Source: a virus. From it: a stretch of 64,000 nucleotides of DNA. Position 1 is the stretch's first letter; each line of letters opens with the position of its first letter. A program made the translations under genes and the position numbers. Where the stretch lies: positions 1 through 64,000 of the IMG/VR virus record IMGVR_UViG_3300044620_000614; one strand, given 5' to 3'. Below are positions 10,168 to 18,521 of the stretch, piece by piece. The notes beneath the pieces were generated by a model. That model worked only from the letters and a program-made list of their open reading frames with translations. It was not told where the DNA came from and ran no database searches.

Positions 10168-10626
10168 TTATAGAGTGAAGGAAGATGCTCCCTTTGCTCT
10201 CATAGCGGCCGCCTTGTCTCTTCTTAAACCAGCCAAAGCCTTTTCTGCTTTGTCTACGTTCTTAGAAGCCTCTATCTTGCCACATTCGACTTTAAGTTCA
10301 TCAAAGTCTTGTTGAATTAATTTTTGTTTATCTGGATTATTCTTGGCACTAGCATGTTGTCTTTGGAGTGCAGCCAATCTTTCATGACAACGAATGACTT
10401 CCTTGTCCAACATTTCTGCACCCTCTTTACGACGTTGCATTGCTTCCATACCACCGGATACAGCGGCTTTAGCCAAAGGACCACCAACAACATCTAAAGC
10501 GGCAGAACCTATTGTTTTACCAATACCACCCAATGCACCCTTTAAGAAAGAGCCAATTTGCTCTTCAACGGGTTCTTGGCATCCGCAATCTTCTTGTGAA
10601 TTTAAATATTGTGAGAAGTTCTTCAT
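10168..10626 (-). CDS. Late protein, probable internal virion protein
   Basis: Start revised to MKNFSQYL directly after TATAAATA (10635-10642); resembles a T4 capsid-targeting N-terminus. Confidence 0.6.
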   Translation of the reverse strand: MKNFSQYLNSQEDCGCQEPVEEQIGSFLKGALGGIGKTIGSAALDVVGGPLAKAAVSGGMEAMQRRKEGAEMLDKEVIRCHERLAALQRQHASAKNNPDKQKLIQQDFDELKVECGKIEASKNVDKAEKALAGLRRDKAAAMRAKGASSFTL

Positions 10627-10646
10627 AGTGCCAGTATTTATAATAG

Positions 10647-10720
10647 TCGGAGAAACAGGATTTGAACCTGCGACCTCCTGGTCCCAAACCAGGCGCACTA
10701 CCAAACTGTGCTACTCTCCG
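10647..10720 (-). tRNA. tRNA-Pro(UGG)
   Basis: Cloverleaf; anticodon loop TTTGGGA; GGTTCAAATCC T arm. Confidence 0.95.
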
Positions 10721-10722
10721 AA

Positions 10723-10812
10723 CGGATAGAGAGGGATTCGAACCCCCGGTAAGTATCTAGTACCTACGGCGGTTTAGTAAACCGCAGCCTTAAACCACTC
10801 GGCCATCTATCC
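10723..10812 (-). tRNA. tRNA-Ser(ACU), long variable arm
   Basis: GCGGT-TTACTAA-ACCGC; long variable arm; G discriminator. Confidence 0.85.
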
Positions 10813-10815
10813 AAA

Positions 10816-10904
10816 AGCGTAGTGGAGGACTTGCACCTCTGTTGCTCTGTATCAAATCACCCCTTGCAAGTAGGCGATTCTAGTCAGCGTTAACTGAACT
10901 ACGC
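10816..10904 (-). ncRNA. Atypical tRNA-like RNA with elongated anticodon arm
   Basis: GCGTAGT/ACTACGC acceptor, TCAG/CTGA D-like stem, GAGG-TGCAAGT-CCTC T-like arm. Confidence 0.6.
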
Positions 10905-10908
10905 AGAA

Positions 10909-10990
10909 TGCGAGCGGAGGGACTCGAACCCCCGAAGTCGAATGACAACAGATTTACAGTCTGTCCTCGTTGCCGCTTGAGTACACTCGC
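10909..10990 (-). tRNA. tRNA-Tyr(GUA)
   Basis: ACAGA-CTGTAAA-TCTGT. Confidence 0.93.
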
Positions 10991-10994
10991 AAAA

Positions 10995-11067
10995 TACCCA
11001 AGGTCGGGATCGAACCGACGACTTCTTCCGTGTAAAGGAAGCACTCTAGCCGCTGAGTTACTCGGGT
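10995..11067 (-). tRNA. tRNA-Val(UAC)
   Basis: CTTCC-TTTACAC-GGAAG. Confidence 0.93.
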
Positions 11068-11397
11068 TTAAATCTTGGCAATAATGATTCCAAGTACGGA
11101 AATCACACAACCAATAATTGTCTTAGTATCTATTTTAAAATCAAAGAGAAAAAGCGGAAATGCTAGGACCATAATTGTCACACCAACATCCCAAATACAA
11201 TTAATAATCATGATTGTATTTGGATCTTTATAGTGACGAACCAAACAAGTCCAAGCAGTCACACTCAATATTGCTGCAATTGCTGCCAAGGTATATGCAA
11301 AGAATGCATTCTTTTGACATTTATCTGAATACGCAACAATCGCATACAAATAACTGGAAACGGTAATAGCAATAAATCCAATAATATAAGGCATCAT
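11068..11397 (-). CDS. Small 4-TM membrane protein (SMR/DMT-like)
   Basis: Four hydrophobic segments, about 109 aa; start revised to avoid the tRNA overlap. Confidence 0.6.
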   Translation of the reverse strand: MMPYIIGFIAITVSSYLYAIVAYSDKCQKNAFFAYTLAAIAAILSVTAWTCLVRHYKDPNTIMIINCIWDVGVTIMVLAFPLFLFDFKIDTKTIIGCVISVLGIIIAKI

Positions 11398-11400
11398 AAA

Positions 11401-11473
11401 CTCCCCGAACTGGACTCGAACCAGTGACATGCGAGTTAACAGCTCGCCGCTCTACCAACTGAGCTATCAGGGA
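11401..11473 (-). tRNA. tRNA-Asn(GUU)
   Basis: GCGAG-CTGTTAA-CTCGC. Confidence 0.95.
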
Positions 11474-11847
11474 ATGTTTCTCAAAATTCCGTCCAAACTT
11501 CTCATCAGTACCGGATCATTCCAACAACCGGCAACTTTAAGAATTTTGTAACCAAAATTCTGAAGCAAAGTATGTATGTTGTTTCCACCAACAGGATTCA
11601 TGGTATGAACAACGACCATACCACACTTAATATTATGCTCTACCATGTATTTTGCAACATCATAACCGGTCTTAATTTCATCACCAAGATCGTGATCTAA
11701 AAACACAATATCGTATTGGCGATAACCAAAACCATTAGTTGCAGCATTATAGTTGATAGCCCAAGCCGCACACCAATTCATTTCTGTTGCTTGCTTGGAA
11801 TATTCACTCCAACGCTCAGTACTATCATCTACAAACAAAGTATTCAT
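11467..11847 (-). CDS. Cyclic-phosphate-processing receiver domain protein
   Basis: LFVDD, FLDHDLG, TGYDVAKY and VHTMNPVG motifs. Confidence 0.8.
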   Translation of the reverse strand: MNTLFVDDSTERWSEYSKQATEMNWCAAWAINYNAATNGFGYRQYDIVFLDHDLGDEIKTGYDVAKYMVEHNIKCGMVVVHTMNPVGGNNIHTLLQNFGYKILKVAGCWNDPVLMRSLDGILRNIP

Positions 11848-12215
11848 TTTTCTTCTGTCTTTTCTTGTTTCGTTCTGGCTTCTAATGAGTCATAATAGTC
11901 CATGCGCTCAATGGCATCTTGAAGCCCATAATACTTTGCCATAATCTTTTCTTCTACAAATTCAATACGAATTTGCAAATCTTTGCGCTTTGGGTTATCA
12001 TAATAATTCTTGGTTTCACCCTTATGTTGTTCAATAAGACAACCTTGGGCTTCTCTCAAGTAACCGTGTTCTTCTAGAAGAACAGCAATTGGTGCGTACT
12101 TCAAACGGAATGTAAACTTATCAAAAGTTTCATCTAAAACCCAATTGATGGCACCTTTTGGTGACCATAATTTTGTAATTTTATCAATAGACTTTTTAAC
12201 TCTCTTCTTTGCCAT
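11844..12215 (-). CDS. Hypothetical protein
   Basis: GGAG RBS before MAKKRV; coupled operon. Confidence 0.6.
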   Translation of the reverse strand: MAKKRVKKSIDKITKLWSPKGAINWVLDETFDKFTFRLKYAPIAVLLEEHGYLREAQGCLIEQHKGETKNYYDNPKRKDLQIRIEFVEEKIMAKYYGLQDAIERMDYYDSLEARTKQEKTEEK

Positions 12216-12417
12216 CTTTATGCTCCTGATGAAACACAATAAAATGTTCCGGTACATCTTCTGGATTGTTCTCTGCTCTTATCTTTGCTCGGTTATATTC
12301 AACATCAGTTAAAAGTAATGATGTTACTTCTCCGTTGGCATCAACATGTGCAACAAAATAATACTCTTCGTTTGCAGTTGGCTTCTTGTTTTTGTTTTTA
12401 ATTTTTCCCTTGGCCAT
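12196..12417 (-). CDS. Hypothetical protein
   Basis: ORF with RBS in coupled operon. Confidence 0.6.
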   Translation of the reverse strand: MAKGKIKNKNKKPTANEEYYFVAHVDANGEVTSLLLTDVEYNRAKIRAENNPEDVPEHFIVFHQEHKDGKEES

Positions 12418-12605
12418 TAACCGCTCTCCTCGTCGAATCTACGACGAATATCCTGTTTGTGATAAAATCCCATCAACTCATCACGAACATCATTTAGTAA
12501 ATCGACAATACTATCAGTAGTATATTCGTGCATTAAAGCACGAGGCGTAGACAATTCTAGTAGCGCCTTGTTGATTCGTTCGATTGTGTAATACTTTGGA
12601 TTCAT
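12417..12605 (-). CDS. Hypothetical protein
   Basis: Start MNPKYY just after tRNA-Leu; TAATG overlap. Confidence 0.55.
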   Translation of the reverse strand: MNPKYYTIERINKALLELSTPRALMHEYTTDSIVDLLNDVRDELMGFYHKQDIRRRFDEESG

Positions 12606-12608
12606 AAG

Positions 12609-12682
12609 TAGCACGGGTGGGACTCGAACCCACACTACACAGATTTTAAGTCTATTGACTCTGCCGATTGGTCTACCGTGCC
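12609..12682 (-). tRNA. tRNA-Leu(UAA), short variable loop
   Basis: ATAGA-CTTAAAA-TCTGT; only 74 nt. Confidence 0.85.
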
Positions 12683-12686
12683 GTAG

Positions 12687-12769
12687 TACCCGCAGTAGGA
12701 CTTGAACCTACACGCTTCTTAGGGCAGCGGATTTTGAATCCGCTGTGTCTGCCATTCCACCATGCGGGC
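12687..12769 (-). tRNA. tRNA-Leu(CAA)
   Basis: GCGGA-TTCAAAA-TCCGC with variable arm. Confidence 0.93.
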
Positions 12770-12805
12770 GTGAACTGTATTATATCATGCCTCTGTCTTC
12801 AATGC

Positions 12806-13165
12806 AAGTGGTTGTTGAGGATTTCTCCCCAACAACCGTGATCCGTTCAGTCGCGGGTGGATCAGACCCCACTGCTTCAAGCAGCCATTGCCATTGGTGC
12901 GGCAATCAATTTTTGCAACTGTTTATTTACGACACTTGTTACCCGTGTCGGGTATCTCCTTCTTCATTACTCTGCGTCAATCGAAGCCAGTTCAGCCCCT
13001 TAAATACCTGAAGCCCGGGCTTCAGGAATTGCCCCCTGCAAAGAGGACTTTACTCGCCATCTCTAATAGACTTGCAGAATCTATTTCGGTTAGGCTAATG
13101 GAGCCGAGGGGAATCGAACCCCTGTGTTGTTCGCATTTCAATCCAATATCAACAATACCAAAGAT
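12806..13165 (-). ncRNA. ssrA: Circularly permuted (two-piece) tmRNA
   Basis: Acceptor piece ...GGGGTTCGATTCCCCTCGGCTCCA (ends 13099) precedes coding piece GGGGCTGAACTGGCTTCGA (starts 12999); G3.U70 pair; tag AAPMAMAA-stop; outer ends approximate. Confidence 0.88.
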
Positions 13166-13168
13166 TAT

Positions 13169-13441
13169 TTAGTCCATTTCCTTTTGATCGCTTATAAAGT
13201 CGTCATATAGACCAAGTTCTTCATCTAATTGTGCCAGTCTATCAAGTGCGTCGCGGCGAGGAGTATTTAGAATATGCACTGCTTCTTTTACAATAGAAGC
13301 CAATCCATGCACATCGCCCTTTTTTAGCGTTTCGCTGTAGTATCCATCATAGTCTACGAGGATAGCCCATGCGCGGAACATAGTTTCTCTAAGTTCCTTA
13401 TTTTCTTTTTCAAGTTGCTTAATCTTTTCTTCGTTACTCAT
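13169..13441 (-). CDS. Hypothetical coiled-coil protein
   Basis: ORF in coupled operon. Confidence 0.55.
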   Translation of the reverse strand: MSNEEKIKQLEKENKELRETMFRAWAILVDYDGYYSETLKKGDVHGLASIVKEAVHILNTPRRDALDRLAQLDEELGLYDDFISDQKEMD

Positions 13442-13673
13442 CCTTACCCTTTCCCCAACCATTTTGAAACTTTTGCATCGCTTCGCGTTTAATTTGAGAA
13501 ATTTCTTTTTCTAAATTTAAAACTCGTTCACGTAACTTATCGTTTTCAATTTCCAACATTTGATTACGCAAACGCAATGCTTGATTATTCATCAAGACAT
13601 CTTCAAACTCCCAAGAACGCTCAGGAGTTCTATCAGTCTGCTCCTTCAGAAAATCCTTGTGATCCATACTCAT
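13434..13673 (-). CDS. Hypothetical coiled-coil protein
   Basis: AAGGA RBS before MSMDHK. Confidence 0.55.
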   Translation of the reverse strand: MSMDHKDFLKEQTDRTPERSWEFEDVLMNNQALRLRNQMLEIENDKLRERVLNLEKEISQIKREAMQKFQNGWGKGKDE

Positions 13674-13801
13674 GTTTCGTTCCTTTTGGTTCTCTAAGTA
13701 ATCGAATTTCATACATGGCATCTTTGCAAACATCTCTAACTTCAGGTTGCGCCCACTGCCATTTGTTTGCTAATTCTTGCAATCTATCTAGTATGTCTGT
13801 A

Positions 13802-14074
13802 TTATTCATATCTAACCTTAATCTTTGCGTAACCTTTTTCCGAATCTAGTATTTCAATAGAACGGACTTTAGCATCCATATCTATCTCAATCATTGGATC
13901 ACCGACCATTAAAAATGGACCACCTTCAAAGTCAAACATTTCGGTGGTATTATCTTTGTCAACCGTAGAACAACGATAGTACAGAGTTTCCCCTTCAATA
14001 ATTAGGGAACCATCTGCATCTTCTGTAATTAAACGATTAACTCCGTATCTTGATTTTATCAGTTTTACCATCAT
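13802..14074 (-). CDS. Hypothetical phage protein
   Basis: KSRYG and DFEGGP motifs. Confidence 0.6.
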   Translation of the reverse strand: MMVKLIKSRYGVNRLITEDADGSLIIEGETLYYRCSTVDKDNTTEMFDFEGGPFLMVGDPMIEIDMDAKVRSIEILDSEKGYAKIKVRYE

Positions 14075-14303
14075 ATAGTGCGGTAGGAGAGAATCGAACT
14101 CTCATGTCGGGTTTGGAAAACCCGCGTAATGAGCCATTATACGACGACCGCTTGTTTTCGCGCTCTTTTGCCATAAAGAGCCCTTGACTGATGCCACTAT
14201 GGTTTCCATCTTGATAACCATTGTGATAAGCAGTTCTATAGTACCAAATTTGAAAGGCAATGATAGCGCACAGACCTGATATCGAAAGTAGTATTGTTTC
14301 CAT
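14037..14303 (-). CDS. Small membrane-anchored hypothetical protein whose 3' end reads through tRNA-Gly
   Basis: N-terminal TM segment, YHNGYQDG motif. Confidence 0.45.
   Translation of the reverse strand: METILLSISGLCAIIAFQIWYYRTAYHNGYQDGNHSGISQGLFMAKERENKRSSYNGSLRGFSKPDMRVRFSPTALYDGKTDKIKIRS
14079..14151 (-). tRNA. tRNA-Gly(UCC)
   Basis: CGGGT-TTTCCAA-ACCCG. Confidence 0.9.
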
Positions 14304-14350
14304 GCAAGTATGTTTGCCTTACCATATTTTGAACCGAATCTTAACTTTAG

Positions 14351-14424
14351 TACACCTACGGGGACTCGAACCCCGAGTCACCGCCTTGAAAGGGCGGGGA
14401 TTTAGCCGGTTAATCTATAGGTGC
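14351..14424 (-). tRNA. tRNA-Glu(UUC)
   Basis: CCGCC-CTTTCAA-GGCGG. Confidence 0.92.
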
Positions 14425-14478
14425 AGAAAGCCCCAATCACAAATCATAATATACGCCGGGGCCCAGCGAATGTATATA

Positions 14479-15024
14479 TCAACCTATTTGCACTCCGTTG
14501 CAAACCTTAGAGCAGTAATCATACATTGCGATACCGCTGGCTGTTCCAACATTTAGACTTCTCACTGATCCATACTGCCTAATATACACCAACTCATCAC
14601 ACAAGTCAAGCAGTTTCTTCGGGATTCCAATCTGCTCCTGTCCAAAAATCATGAGGACAGGCTTACTGCATGGCCAACTAAACTCATCAATTGGCTTAGC
14701 ATCTCCAACATTGTCAACACCAACAACATACATGCCACGCATTGCCTTTAGAAGTTCTGCTTCTTGATCTTCCTTAAAATGGCGGAAGTGGGTATAGTTG
14801 TGTGTACCGACAGTTCCACGACGATCATATTGCTTATTTCCATAAATCCAAACGGAGTTGGCTAGAAATGCATTAGCATTACGAATCACCGTAGCAATGT
14901 TGAAATCATTTCCAAGATTACTGCAAAGAACAGTAAAGTTGTTGCGCTTGGTGTCAAGATCTGCAACAATATCATCGTGCTTCCAATAATGATAGTGGTC
15001 GATGATGTTACGAGTTTCGCTCAC
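14479..15024 (-). CDS. SpoU/TrmH-family RNA 2'-O-methyltransferase
   Basis: NIATVIRNANAF, IFGQEQIG and VRSLNVGTASGIAMY SPOUT motifs; GTG start after GGAGG. Confidence 0.9.
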   Translation of the reverse strand: MSETRNIIDHYHYWKHDDIVADLDTKRNNFTVLCSNLGNDFNIATVIRNANAFLANSVWIYGNKQYDRRGTVGTHNYTHFRHFKEDQEAELLKAMRGMYVVGVDNVGDAKPIDEFSWPCSKPVLMIFGQEQIGIPKKLLDLCDELVYIRQYGSVRSLNVGTASGIAMYDYCSKVCNGVQIG

Positions 15025-15254
15025 TTGTCGTCCTCCTTTCGTGGCACAGGGACAATCGTCACCAGATCGTCGGGAGGTGCAGGAAGGTCGCGCACACCGC
15101 GTAGCACCTCTTGACCGAGCAACAGCAAGCGACATTCCCGCCTCGCCTCGTCGCGCTCTTTGATTAGCCGCTCAATCACTTCTGCGATCTCATCGGCACA
15201 GTTGATGCTGTGAGACAGTCTCTTGATCCTTGCGATGGCATCGTGTTCGTTCAC
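15021..15254 (-). CDS. Hypothetical protein
   Basis: GGAGG plus GTG start; TTGACA-17-TATACT upstream. Confidence 0.5.
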   Translation of the reverse strand: MNEHDAIARIKRLSHSINCADEIAEVIERLIKERDEARRECRLLLLGQEVLRGVRDLPAPPDDLVTIVPVPRKEDDK

Positions 15255-15423
15255 TTGGTTTCCTCCTTGTCGGTAGAGTATAGCAGGTAAATAGTGTGGT
15301 GTCAAGCAAACATCTTGCGGATCTGCTGGTAGCCGTAGTATGCCATCACGGACACTCCCATGACGATGGCTGCGGCTTTGATGTACTTCCAAAAGTTATT
15401 CATGGCTTTTTCCTTTCTGTGTT

Positions 15424-15795
15424 TCAGTTGATGACTTCTGCTGTGACGGGAACGGGCTTTGACCGCTTCCCATACTTCTTATAGATGGTGTAGGCAAGGT
15501 AGGCAAACGCCGCCAAGACACCCATCTTCAACAGGGACGAGAACCATCCGCTGCTGGGCTTCTCATTGGGCTTGCTCTCCGCTTCCTCGGTGTGTGCGTG
15601 GTTCTTCTTGCAAGCACATCCCGAAAAGTAGAGACTGCTGTAGTGGCGCAACTCGGATTCAAGATGACGAATCTTGTTGTCCTTGCTCAAGAGTTTCCAC
15701 TTGGTGTCATACAAGTGAATCACGTAGAGCAAGAACACCACGACGAATCCGACTGTGGAAAGTCCAAGCAAAATGTTGAGATTGTGTGGGGTCAC
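15424..15795 (-). CDS. Two-TM membrane protein (GC-rich)
   Basis: GGAGG plus GTG start; two hydrophobic helices. Confidence 0.55.
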   Translation of the reverse strand: MTPHNLNILLGLSTVGFVVVFLLYVIHLYDTKWKLLSKDNKIRHLESELRHYSSLYFSGCACKKNHAHTEEAESKPNEKPSSGWFSSLLKMGVLAAFAYLAYTIYKKYGKRSKPVPVTAEVIN

Positions 15796-16229
15796 TTGCA
15801 GTCCTCCTTGTAAGGAACATAACGATCCATTCGGTGTTCTTCGCAAACTGTTTTAAGCCAAAAACCACCTTGAGTTACACAAACTTGACCGGGATTACCA
15901 CAAACTTCACAAGTCTTGCCACTCTTTCTTTCCGCTTCAATAATCCAATCAAAAATTTGATTATCGGCACCACTAACATAGAAACGAAGAGTGCCAAACT
16001 TTTCTTTGACCTGTTCTATGCGGAATGGGAATTCAACATCCACGAACTTATCACGATTGGTATCAAGATAGTTTTCTATCTTTTGTAGAAGTTCATGTAG
16101 AAGTTCAGTCCAACCAATACCACACTCTATACCAAAAAGAATGCAACAACCTTCATTCTTAAAGCACAGGGGATACTTTGATTTCCAATCTTCGAAATTA
16201 AATTCTTTGCTTGTCATTTTGAAAAACAT
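15792..16229 (-). CDS. Conserved phage protein with C-terminal zinc ribbon
   Basis: QVKEKFGTLRFY and CEVCGNPG motifs. Confidence 0.75.
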   Translation of the reverse strand: MFFKMTSKEFNFEDWKSKYPLCFKNEGCCILFGIECGIGWTELLHELLQKIENYLDTNRDKFVDVEFPFRIEQVKEKFGTLRFYVSGADNQIFDWIIEAERKSGKTCEVCGNPGQVCVTQGGFWLKTVCEEHRMDRYVPYKEDCK

Positions 16230-16398
16230 CCGGGTAGCGTTGTTCTATGGAATAATCCATAGGGAAGTGCTTACAAACTCTGTACGCTCGCTGCCGAACT
16301 GCCTTGGGTACGCGAGGAGTCTTTGACGGATCAAGTAGATCGTAAAGAAATCTACGAACTGCTTGTAAACTTTGAACTTCTTCGTTCGGTAAAGTCAT
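16198..16398 (-). CDS. Conserved small phage protein (BPSL0761-like)
   Basis: MTLPNE...FL..LLDP..TPRVP..VR..A...KHFP. Confidence 0.65.
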   Translation of the reverse strand: MTLPNEEVQSLQAVRRFLYDLLDPSKTPRVPKAVRQRAYRVCKHFPMDYSIEQRYPDVFQNDKQRI

Positions 16399-16400
16399 AA

Positions 16401-16471
16401 TGCGCGATTCAGGGATTGAACCTGATTGAACCCGTTATAAGCGGGTCTGCGAAGCCATCCGCCCATCGCGC
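16401..16471 (-). tRNA. tRNA-Ile(UAU)
   Basis: ACCCG-CTTATAA-CGGGT; non-canonical D arm. Confidence 0.8.
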
Positions 16472-16520
16472 TTGTAAATCCTACCACTTATATATATAAG
16501 TATATCAAGGAGTATCCATT

Positions 16521-16934
16521 ATGTCAAGCAATAAAACCAAAAAAGTATTCTGCACAAATTGTGGAACATGGTGTGGTTCTGGCAGAAAATACTGTAAAGA
16601 CTGTCGATTAAAAAGGAAACAAGAATTAAAAGAGCAATCAATAAATGCCAAAAAATCTGATGCAATTTATACACATGGTCATATTTCAAATAAATATGCA
16701 AAAATAAGATACCACGCAAGACATGATTTTGAAAAATCAATAACTAAATGTCAAAAATGTGGTTATGATAAACATGTTGAAATATGTCATATCAAATCCA
16801 TAAAAGAGTTTCCCGATAGTGCAACCATAGCAGAAATAAACAACAAATCAAATATTATTGGTCTTTGTCCAAATTGTCATTGGGAATTTGATCATGGACT
16901 ATTAAATATTACTACTGCCATAATTGATAACTGA
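16521..16934 (+). CDS. HNH (homing-type) endonuclease
   Basis: CQKCG...EICHIK...N..GLCPNCH; opposite strand, AT-rich, beside a tRNA. Confidence 0.85.
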   Translation: MSSNKTKKVFCTNCGTWCGSGRKYCKDCRLKRKQELKEQSINAKKSDAIYTHGHISNKYAKIRYHARHDFEKSITKCQKCGYDKHVEICHIKSIKEFPDSATIAEINNKSNIIGLCPNCHWEFDHGLLNITTAIIDN

Positions 16935-17159
16935 TTTTCTATTGTTCACATGACCTGAAGGAGTCTTGATGAAGTAGTTGCTCTTTTGGCGATCTTCGTC
17001 GTGACCAAGACGATAGTTGATCTGTTCAAGACCAAGTTCGCGCATTCGCTTTTCGGAAATGCCATTATCAAAACAAAAGCGAATGATTTCCTTTGCTACT
17101 TCTAGAGCCTGTGCTTCGTCACCATTAATTGGAATGTCGATGTGTAATCTGTAGGTCAT
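16902..17159 (-). CDS. Hypothetical protein
   Basis: ATGA coupling. Confidence 0.55.
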   Translation of the reverse strand: MTYRLHIDIPINGDEAQALEVAKEIIRFCFDNGISEKRMRELGLEQINYRLGHDEDRQKSNYFIKTPSGHVNNRKSVINYGSSNI

Positions 17160-17515
17160 TCTTTATATTCTCGCTTGTCGTGCCAGTAACCGTAATCGTT
17201 CTCTGCTCCGTGCCGTGCCTTTAGATCAATGTATTGGAACACTGCCAATTCTTTGATGAAGTCATCTATCATTTTGATTGGTTCTTCGCTGATTGGCCAT
17301 TCTTTGGGTGCTTCTGCTTGCCAATCACATGGACGGCACTTGTCGGGATTCTTTTTGCATACTTCCATTTCTGCAACGATGAGATCGCCCATTTTAACCA
17401 TATTCAACAAAGTTTCAAGTGCCTTTGCGCTTTGATAATAGAGATCCTTTTTGGGTAAATCTTCTTCCTTGCGGGCGAGATTGCGGAGTTCGTAACACAT
17501 TTCCTGAATACGCAT
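17156..17515 (-). CDS. Hypothetical protein
   Basis: AAGGAG RBS. Confidence 0.6.
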   Translation of the reverse strand: MRIQEMCYELRNLARKEEDLPKKDLYYQSAKALETLLNMVKMGDLIVAEMEVCKKNPDKCRPCDWQAEAPKEWPISEEPIKMIDDFIKELAVFQYIDLKARHGAENDYGYWHDKREYKE

Positions 17516-17549
17516 AAAGGTATCTCCTTATTAGAATGTCCACAACTAT

Positions 17550-17927
17550 TTAGTATGCCAACTGCTCAAAACCATCATTTGTAGTAAAACGAATGCTGTG
17601 AAAAACCTTAACACACCAAGGCATGCAAAGTTCACAAGGACGAGCCATACGCATGTCGCCAAATTGATTAAACCTAATATTGATTAGGTGCAACTTCTTT
17701 CCAAGAAGCCGCTTTTCGATCTTCTGAAATGCGTCCAGTTCGGAATGCATTTCTTCGTACATATAGCCAATTTGCTTCGCCTTGGGGTGAGTCTTGAAAC
17801 GATTCATACCAACAGAAACAATCTTGTGCTTATGCACAATAATTGAGACATGCTTCTTTTGCCTGGGAATATCCAGGCAAATAGGATAAGCAACATCAAG
17901 CAAAGAATCGAGAGTTGTATTAGTCAT
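17550..17927 (-). CDS. Zinc-dependent cytidine/adenosine deaminase-fold protein
   Basis: HSE...ARPCELC (HxE/PCxxC) motif. Confidence 0.8.
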   Translation of the reverse strand: MTNTTLDSLLDVAYPICLDIPRQKKHVSIIVHKHKIVSVGMNRFKTHPKAKQIGYMYEEMHSELDAFQKIEKRLLGKKLHLINIRFNQFGDMRMARPCELCMPWCVKVFHSIRFTTNDGFEQLAY

Positions 17928-18380
17928 TTAAATCTTTCGCTTACGCGAGATCGCAAACAAGGCCGCAACACCAAGCATAACGGACACGCTCGGTGCTGGT
18001 ACTGGCGGACGAACAGGGCAATCGGGACACGGAATACTTTCATTTCCGGCAGTAATCATTGCGTCACTTTCGACATAATCGTGTGCAATTGGCAAAAACA
18101 TATCCTGATCTACACCCTGCACAGTATACACCAAATTACCCTCACGATACAACTTATGAATCCAAAAACCATCAAATGAACCCATAAAGAACGGAGTAGC
18201 CGTATTGGTATAATTACTAACCGTTGGCATTTCAATTGCTTCTTTAGTTTCAGTAGTCATGCTCAAAGAGCCATCAAACTTAAGTGGTAGTGTGTACGAA
18301 ACACCCATGTAAGTTGAACCCTGATAGTTTGAAGAAGTGAAACGCTGACCTTCGCCGTAAATTGTAGATGTTGTAATCAT
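17928..18380 (-). CDS. PEP-CTERM-type sorting-signal protein
   Basis: C-terminal VPAPS, hydrophobic helix, RKRK. Confidence 0.7.
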   Translation of the reverse strand: MITTSTIYGEGQRFTSSNYQGSTYMGVSYTLPLKFDGSLSMTTETKEAIEMPTVSNYTNTATPFFMGSFDGFWIHKLYREGNLVYTVQGVDQDMFLPIAHDYVESDAMITAGNESIPCPDCPVRPPVPAPSVSVMLGVAALFAISRKRKI

Positions 18381-18399
18381 AATATAAACCCTTTCAAAG

Positions 18400-18473
18400 C
18401 GTTCCCGAGTGGATTCGAACCACTGACCATTCGCTTAGAAGGCGAATGCTCTATCCAACTGAGCTACGGGAAC
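18400..18473 (-). tRNA. tRNA-Arg(UCU)
   Basis: TTCGC-CTTCTAA-GCGAA. Confidence 0.95.
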
Positions 18474-18521
18474 AAAGAATAATGCGGGCACTTTCATACC
18501 CGCATTATATCAGAAGTTGAA

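Noticed and set aside
10627-10704. N-terminal extension of ORF 10168-10704
   Set aside because: Overlaps tRNA-Pro; the real start follows the late promoter at 10626
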